64,000 nt of DNA from an uncultured virus (IMG/VR IMGVR_UViG_3300044707_000881) (lineage: Duplodnaviria > Heunggongvirae > Uroviricota > Caudoviricetes), in the IMG/VR virus record IMGVR_UViG_3300044707_000881; one strand, 5' to 3'. How positions within the stretch are numbered: position 1 is the stretch's first letter; every line of letters starts with the position of its first letter. Below, one piece after another: positions 58,901 to 64,000 of the stretch. The notes beneath the pieces were generated by a model. It saw nothing but the letters and a program-made list of their open reading frames with translations. It had not been told where the DNA came from and did no database searches. The translations under genes were made by a program, and so were the position numbers.

Positions 58901-61107
58901 AACAATCAGAAGCCAGGAATCAGCAAGTTACTGGCGCGGCTCAAGGTGGCAATGCTGAAGATCAACGGAATTTATTAGCAGCACGACGTAAACTTTCAGA
59001 AACCAAATACCGGGAAATTAAAGAAGAGATTGACGCAGCTACCAAACAATCTGACAACGCTCAAAAACAGCAGCGAGAATTAGATGCTAAAAAACGCGAA
59101 CAAGCTGACAAGCAAAAACGACTAGAATTTGCAGCCTATGAGGCTTTAGCACCGGATGAAGAAGCTAAAAAGATTGTGCAAAAAAGAGCTAAATTGTACG
59201 AAATCAACAATAGATATGATGAGGATTTGATCAAGAAAACTCAGGAATTGGAAGATTTAAAAGATGCTAGGGACAAGAAATTAAAGATTCTGGCGGAGGC
59301 TAAAAAACGTGGTGAAACTGTCACGCCGGATGATGCTGGCGTGGATTACACCAAAGCAATTAATCAATTAGAGCAAGTCATACAAGAGCAAAAATATTCA
59401 CGGGATTTAGAATTAGAAACTAATAAATTAAACCTATTCAATGCGGATAAAGAAGTCGAGAAAAATAAGGATCGTCAGCGAGAAATTGAAAAGTTATCTC
59501 GCGCTCAAGAAGCGTACATCAATCAGTTAAAATTGCAGCAATCGTTAGTAACAGATGAAGCGACAAAACAGGGTATTCAATTAACAATTGATAAGGCACA
59601 AATTGAATACGAAGCGAAAACCGCACTAATGCCGTTGCAAAATAAGCTTGATGATTTTCAAGATCAGAAAGTTTATTTACTGGGTGAAGGTGGTTTAAAA
59701 AATGATTCCGAGGAAGTTAAACGGCTTCAAAAAGATATTAATGATTTAGTTGCTCAAATTAATTCAATCGCCGATAAGGGCGGCGTAGATTTGAAATTAT
59801 TCGAGAATCAGCGTAAACAAATTGAGTTACAGAATCAACGGTTAAGGGAGTCAGAAAAACAGGAAATTGAATACAGCAAACAAGTTCTTGAGCTTAATAA
59901 AGAAATTTCTACCTCACGGACTCAACAACAGAAAGCAGAGTTACAATTCCAGTTAGATAAAATAAATGCAATTCAACAAGAAAAACAAGCATTAACCACT
60001 CTTAAACAGCAATATGATGATTTAACCCAAGGACGCGAGAAGTTAATCAATGAGGGCAAAGTTGACGCTGCTAGTGCCGTAATTAAAGATTTAGACACTA
60101 AGATTGCTGACTTAAACGAAAAGATAAAAACGCTTGGCGAACAGTCAAAATTAAGTTTTGAAACTCTCACCAAAGAAGGACAAAAAACCATTGAACAAGG
60201 TAGATTTGCGGATCTAGAATCTGCACTTTCTAGAGAGTCGGGGTTTGTAAATAGTCAAGCATCAATCTTGTCTGGGCAAGCTGGTTTAATTCGCGGGCGT
60301 GGTGGCAATGAATATCAAGCATCTGCATTAGAAGCTGAAGCCGCGACAATGCAAGAACAGATTAGATATAAACAGGAATTACTGCAAATCGAGCAACAAA
60401 TAGCCGCAGTAAGAGGGAAGGCTAACGAGTACACAGAACAGGAAATAGCCACATTACAAGCCAATGCCGAAACGATTAATAAAATTAATTTAGAGGGTAT
60501 TTCTCAACAGGTACGGACACTTGGTAAAGACTTATTAGACGTTGGTAAAAACGCCCTCGGTTCGTTCTTTGGTGACATCATTTCTGGTTCTAAATCTGCG
60601 GGGGATGCCTTCAAAGATTTGGTTGGCAACATTGCTCAACAATTAACTCAATTAGCGGTTAATTCTCTCATTTCCAATATCTTCGGTGGAGGTGGTGGTA
60701 TTCTCGGATTCTATCAAGGTGGTATAGTTCCAAATTACGCCAATGGGGGAAGTGTTGGGGCGGTAACTGATGCCTTGCACCGCGAAAGATCAATGTCGGG
60801 AGGCAAGAACCCGGTACTAGCAGCCCTAACACCGGGCGAAATGGTGCTAACAATTCAACAAGCTAAACGATTCCAAGAACTGCGATTAGACAAAGTATTG
60901 AATTTTGCGAATGGTGGGGTTGTTGGAGGTGGTCAAAATTTAAGCAATGAAATCGGGTCTAAAAATATGACCATAAATATCCCCGTCACTGTAGAAGGCG
61001 GCGGGGATAGCTCGGTTAATGTTCCACAATTGCAAAATTCTCTAAGGTCGGTTGTGTTGGCGGAAATCCAAAAACAACAGCGTCCGGGCGGGGCGTTGAA
61101 TAAATAG
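55960..61107 (+). CDS. Tape measure protein with M23-like and GH24 lysozyme domains
   Basis: FAATTPYEL, KTLEGRLSNVQD; VPSPVAG..GHM..H; LDALTSFAFNVG..LLKKLN.GD..GL.KRR..E..LF. Confidence 0.92.
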   Translation: MTSLGTLELQLTANQAALYQQLNQTKAYATQVAKDIEKLINQAFGSVGGQNNLAGLNQATAQAASAGQAAGRTFTDRFKNAVEPIKGILSSVFNGVFVGAGIGAFNSITGVVGSALGAVQQFAGEIFNVTKDFQGFEASLKTFLRGNQQEIDKFVSSLEKFAATTPYELKDLQQAAIQNLATGAKPDQIIKDLKTIGDVAAGANARLGDLMEVYAKSRTEGKLQNEDIDQFTGRGVQLRAELAKMLGAKESEIRQLATDGKLEFRHLEEALRRMSAEGGAYFGAMENKAKTLEGRLSNVQDTFYQFQKSIGVAFEPIMNFIVQTFGDIVSGLTSSNGIMKDVRKESEKLVETFKANPQLVQSLNEAIQELVAGGFKLLLDGITSFTKYLETNPNIIRDMSTAFNDFWSVVKGVFDGLKFIFDGINFVVGGIQAGARGAADIWVASESTLSNLWEITKGIAKAVGDYLVFEWNVVTGVIKTIIKLIQDLFNGVVNLATNGINLFTKGLQNAVSITQNIGKNISGWASSIGSAIQKAGEFANQGIPGIGSAFEKVTKKAEEFWKWATGQNQQAVSTPQAQPQPGNNSSGIVGNIVQGVEGFFSGGNAINQRKYRIVERVGSRMENVGKYEDLAPHHPSVVARGGHKDRPYGMVEGRKEELNPLNRSLIKKDFVLIDSQGKQYGVPVPSPVAGYAGKVGQGWGAVNLYADKGMTKLIAQVGHMIDLQVKNGQLIQYGQTLGMQAGMGKKGSRTYGTHVDMSADPETYRKYIRDLQAGVFKSEGQNPFQQGVNAVKQLFTPVQNALPTGAGLSSRTANIVRGKNEGIFGKAGITDSLVELVKRSEDFEATPYFDRTQYSVGFGTKAKSTGERLTVEEANQRLLEELLYKRSRVSKMVKVPINNNQLDALTSFAFNVGEGALGESTLLKKLNSGDYAGAAKEFLRWNKGEYRGVKQVLPGLTKRRNSEMQLFLSQGQSASSPSISQQSEARNQQVTGAAQGGNAEDQRNLLAARRKLSETKYREIKEEIDAATKQSDNAQKQQRELDAKKREQADKQKRLEFAAYEALAPDEEAKKIVQKRAKLYEINNRYDEDLIKKTQELEDLKDARDKKLKILAEAKKRGETVTPDDAGVDYTKAINQLEQVIQEQKYSRDLELETNKLNLFNADKEVEKNKDRQREIEKLSRAQEAYINQLKLQQSLVTDEATKQGIQLTIDKAQIEYEAKTALMPLQNKLDDFQDQKVYLLGEGGLKNDSEEVKRLQKDINDLVAQINSIADKGGVDLKLFENQRKQIELQNQRLRESEKQEIEYSKQVLELNKEISTSRTQQQKAELQFQLDKINAIQQEKQALTTLKQQYDDLTQGREKLINEGKVDAASAVIKDLDTKIADLNEKIKTLGEQSKLSFETLTKEGQKTIEQGRFADLESALSRESGFVNSQASILSGQAGLIRGRGGNEYQASALEAEAATMQEQIRYKQELLQIEQQIAAVRGKANEYTEQEIATLQANAETINKINLEGISQQVRTLGKDLLDVGKNALGSFFGDIISGSKSAGDAFKDLVGNIAQQLTQLAVNSLISNIFGGGGGILGFYQGGIVPNYANGGSVGAVTDALHRERSMSGGKNPVLAALTPGEMVLTIQQAKRFQELRLDKVLNFANGGVVGGGQNLSNEIGSKNMTINIPVTVEGGGDSSVNVPQLQNSLRSVVLAEIQKQQRPGGALNK

Positions 61108-61275
61108 CTACACCATACCCCACGCGTTGCCAATTTTCTGCAAGTATTCAGTGTCTTTCTTCAACATCTGCTCATAGTGCGCCACAAGTTGCTGCTTCAC
61201 CTGTTCCGGTGACATCTGCTGTACTTGCATCTTAAAAGCGGCAATCTGAAACTGCTGCTCAGTAGTTAATTGCAT
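61108..61275 (-). CDS. nblA: Phycobilisome degradation protein NblA (not in the ORF track)
   Basis: Own translation: MQLTTEQQFQIAAFKMQVQQMSPEQVKQQLVAHYEQMLKKDTEYLQKIGNAWGMV. Confidence 0.9.
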   Translation of the reverse strand: MQLTTEQQFQIAAFKMQVQQMSPEQVKQQLVAHYEQMLKKDTEYLQKIGNAWGMV

Positions 61276-61400
61276 ATAGTTACCGTAATTTCGATAACTT
61301 TATCGTATAATCAATAGGTAATGTCAGCACGGCGAGGGAAGCCATCTACTACTTCCCAGTCCGTTACAGCCGACAGTCCATGAACCGTGAGAAATGAACT

Positions 61401-62210
61401 ATGAACAGTTTAACAAAGATTGACGACAATGCAAGCCCATTTGACACTATCCGCCGGGTTGATGACAGTGGCGAATTTTGGTCAGCGCGTGAATTAATGA
61501 CATTAATGGGTTATCCAAGATGGGCAAAATTTGAAAGCCCAATCATTCAAGCTATCGAAAACCTAGAACTTACTGGGGATAAGACTCCTGACCACTTTTT
61601 ACCCTTGATGGTAAAAAGTCAGGGACGCAACGGCAGTGATTACAGACTTTCACGGTATGCCTGTTACATGATTGCATTGTGCTGTGACGGCAGAAAAATT
61701 GAGGTAGCATCCGCCAAAAAATACTTTGCAATCAAAGCCCGTGAAGCTGAAATTATTATCCCTCAGCAAAACGATAGAATCCGTGAACTAGAGTTACAGG
61801 TACAACTAGCACAAGCTGAAGCGCAAAAAGCATTGGCGGAAAAATCCGTCCTTGACACGCGCCATTTAATTGTCGCAACCTGTCCTGAACCCATGCAGCA
61901 AAAAATACTGGGGTTTGAGGTTGTCAAAGAAATTGAATACAGAGATCGCATAATCCAAGACAACCAAATTGTTAACGACGGGTCAACCGTCAACAAAACC
62001 GCACTATGCAAGCGTTACGGATTCATGACTAAAAGTGGTAAACCTGATTACGTCAAATTAAACAAGCATTTAGAATCGCTCAAAATCCCTGATTACGCCT
62101 GGGAGAATGTACCAAGCGTCCGCGACAATCAGGAGTTACGGCGTGATTATTTGGGTGAATTGGACAAGATGATTATGGATGATTCCCGTCAGCTTTGGTT
62201 TGGGGAGTAG
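61401..62210 (+). CDS. DinD/BRO-like antirepressor-type protein
   Basis: SPFD.IR...EFWSARELM.LMGY..W..F...DYRLSRYACY.IA. Confidence 0.8.
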   Translation: MNSLTKIDDNASPFDTIRRVDDSGEFWSARELMTLMGYPRWAKFESPIIQAIENLELTGDKTPDHFLPLMVKSQGRNGSDYRLSRYACYMIALCCDGRKIEVASAKKYFAIKAREAEIIIPQQNDRIRELELQVQLAQAEAQKALAEKSVLDTRHLIVATCPEPMQQKILGFEVVKEIEYRDRIIQDNQIVNDGSTVNKTALCKRYGFMTKSGKPDYVKLNKHLESLKIPDYAWENVPSVRDNQELRRDYLGELDKMIMDDSRQLWFGE

Positions 62211-62212
62211 TT

Positions 62213-62911
62213 ATGACAGTAAGTGATTTGGTTTCATTTGTTGCTGGATGCAGAGACACCCGATTACTTCGGTGGCATGGGGTAAATACAAAAGTTACCT
62301 GTTGTTGCGGTAAATTGTGTTCTGATGACTCTACCGCACTGGCAGCGCGTAATCTATCTATACACTGGCGCGGGTGCATTAAAGCAATGGAAGTCTTAAA
62401 ATCCCACTACCCTACTTGGTTTAATCACTACAAGTATTTTTTTGAAAATACCAATCAAAATTCACGCAAAATGAGAGCTTTTTTCGCGGAGGAAAAAATG
62501 GAAATAACGCCTATAACATTTAATTGCCCTAGTGAATATATATCTGGACTGTTTAATGTTTCAAAAACAGCAGGCAAAACAATTCCAGAATATTTAGTTG
62601 AATGCGCTGCTGCTATAGCGCGGGCGGACAATGATTTTATCCCCATAGCTAAAGAGCATATTGAGACGACAGGAAAACGGGCAACAAATAGCAACGCAAT
62701 ATCATTTGATCACGTGGCAGAACTGGCAAGGATTCAAGTTGATATCGTGAAGCTAATGGTAGCTATTGAGGAATCAGGGGATTCAATCAGCGCGTCTGAA
62801 CGCCTTACCAGCATTATTGACGATCTGTTACGGGTGAAAATGATGATTATATTTTCGGAAACTATGGAAGGTTCTGGTTTCAGGATTTGTAACGACACAC
62901 AAACCGAGTAG
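62213..62911 (+). CDS. Hypothetical protein
   Basis: ORF after dinD-like gene; Cys/His-rich N-terminus. Confidence 0.5.
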   Translation: MTVSDLVSFVAGCRDTRLLRWHGVNTKVTCCCGKLCSDDSTALAARNLSIHWRGCIKAMEVLKSHYPTWFNHYKYFFENTNQNSRKMRAFFAEEKMEITPITFNCPSEYISGLFNVSKTAGKTIPEYLVECAAAIARADNDFIPIAKEHIETTGKRATNSNAISFDHVAELARIQVDIVKLMVAIEESGDSISASERLTSIIDDLLRVKMMIIFSETMEGSGFRICNDTQTE

Positions 62912-63671
62912 CCGTCAACCAATACCCACCATACATAAACAACTCACTCATCCGCCCTTCGCCTAAATTGTGGAGGGCTTTGCCATTTTTAGGGTCAAGC
63001 AAAATTGCGGAGTGATGGGTTTGAGTTCCAGAAATACACATCAATATAATGTCATTAGCTTGCAGCGGCTCATCTTTATCCAGTTTCCTAAAACCCGCCT
63101 TCTCAAAATTACCCGCGAACATATCCCAATCGGGTGACGTGGTTTCCTCAATCCCATTACGCGGAAAGTCGGGTAAATCAATTCCTAGCATTCCTTTGTA
63201 ATAAGACCGCACCAGCGTATAACAATCACTGCGGTTGTAATCAAATTTCCACCCCAAGTAATAAGCCAATTCCTTCGGCATCCAGGGGTTAGAGATTAAC
63301 GGATAGGGGTAAATATCGTTAGGGTTGTAATAGTCCCATTCCCCAAAATCTGTATGATACAAGACGTATGGCAATTTTAACGCCTTGCTATTGGCTATAT
63401 CTTCACGGCTTAAAATGGCAGGTTGTGAGTCAAGGCAATGACTGTGATAAATTGCTACAGCGGAATCAGCGACTAGATCAAACTCGCTTTGTTCAATGAT
63501 GAAATTATGCTGTGGTTCATTTGCACAATTATTCATTTGCACAATTTCGTCATTGTTCAGAATCACGCCACAGATTTCTACGTCCGGCGTGGCGATCGCT
63601 TGCTCAATAATTTGGCGTTTAATTTGGGTAGTCAGCATTTTTGATGAGATAATTTTTAATATTGTTGACAA
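62880..63671 (-). CDS. Lambda gpK-like tail protein (JAB + NlpC/P60)
   Basis: EICG...YHSH......LS..D; DCYTLVR..Y; HHSA; true start probably MLTTQ. Confidence 0.9.
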   Translation of the reverse strand: MSTILKIISSKMLTTQIKRQIIEQAIATPDVEICGVILNNDEIVQMNNCANEPQHNFIIEQSEFDLVADSAVAIYHSHCLDSQPAILSREDIANSKALKLPYVLYHTDFGEWDYYNPNDIYPYPLISNPWMPKELAYYLGWKFDYNRSDCYTLVRSYYKGMLGIDLPDFPRNGIEETTSPDWDMFAGNFEKAGFRKLDKDEPLQANDIILMCISGTQTHHSAILLDPKNGKALHNLGEGRMSELFMYGGYWLTATRFVCRYKS

Positions 63672-63720
63672 ATAAAAAACTCCTAATTTCTTAGGAGCAA
63701 AAGATTAGAATCCATCTAAC

Positions 63721-63791
63721 CGCAGGGGGAGGAATCGAACCATCCATAGAACGTAAACGCGCCGATGTCTTACCACTTAAACGACCCCGCG
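63721..63791 (-). pseudogene. tRNA-like element with aberrant anticodon arm
   Basis: Acceptor stem CGCGGGG/CCCTGCG, D loop AAGTGGTA, GTTCGATTC; no canonical anticodon stem. Confidence 0.6.
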
Positions 63792-63939
63792 AAACACCAT
63801 CCCTGATAACTTGCAAGGCATGAAGCCTATATGAAGTTAAACGAGTTCCGGTGTAAAAACATAATAGCACAATTTTAGTTCAAAAACATTGAACTACTCC
63901 GAAAACCCCTGTTAGCGATGGATTACAAGATTTTCTCTA

Positions 63940-63985
63940 CCGCCTTCTAAGCGGACGGTCGCTGGTTCGAGTCCAGCCGTACCCA
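63940..63985 (+). other. 3' half of tRNA-Arg(TCT), putative att core
   Basis: CCGC-CTTCTAA-GCGG, GCTGG-TTCGAGT-CCAGC, CGTACCCA; 5' half (acceptor and D arm) absent. Confidence 0.75.
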
Positions 63986-64000
63986 TCCCCTGAAAGTCTT

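Noticed and set aside
3542..62922. Many short antisense or overlapping ORFs in the track (e.g. 3542, 7588, 12562, 25290, 33899, 57060)
   Set aside because: They are shadows of longer genes with recognisable motifs and have no independent support.
63940..63985. Functional tRNA-Arg gene
   Set aside because: The 5' acceptor strand and D arm are missing upstream.

Overview
64 kb of a temperate, siphovirus-like cyanophage (or prophage/phage-plasmid), most likely of a filamentous Nostocales-type host. Host evidence: many HIP1 GCGATCGC sites, an nblA gene, a SigF/SigJ-like sigma factor and a cyanobacterial-type CRISPR repeat. Core phage genes are terminase large subunit, ERF recombinase, XRE repressor, neck genes, lambda-like tail-tip genes scattered on both strands, tail tube, chaperone, a 1715-aa tape measure and a 3' tRNA-Arg fragment that looks like an att site. 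No capsid or portal gene was recognised. Main highlights: (1) a compact type V-like CRISPR locus with a ~622-aa RuvC-intact TnpB/Cas12-like effector, a separately promoted tracrRNA-like RNA carrying an anti-repeat, and a 13-repeat array, with no cas1/cas2; (2) a type IV-B-like operon (cas11-csf2-csf3-cysH-csf1) followed by two paralogous candidate small RNAs; (3) a 2.7-kb block of early genes with no CpG at all, next to a ParB/PAPS-reductase/GNAT/ASCH cluster, suggesting a CpG-linked DNA modify/erase system; (4) a 36-35-36 bp repeat-insert-repeat inside a gene end that looks like off-target Cas1-Cas2 spacer integration. All calls come from manual reading; no database searches were run.
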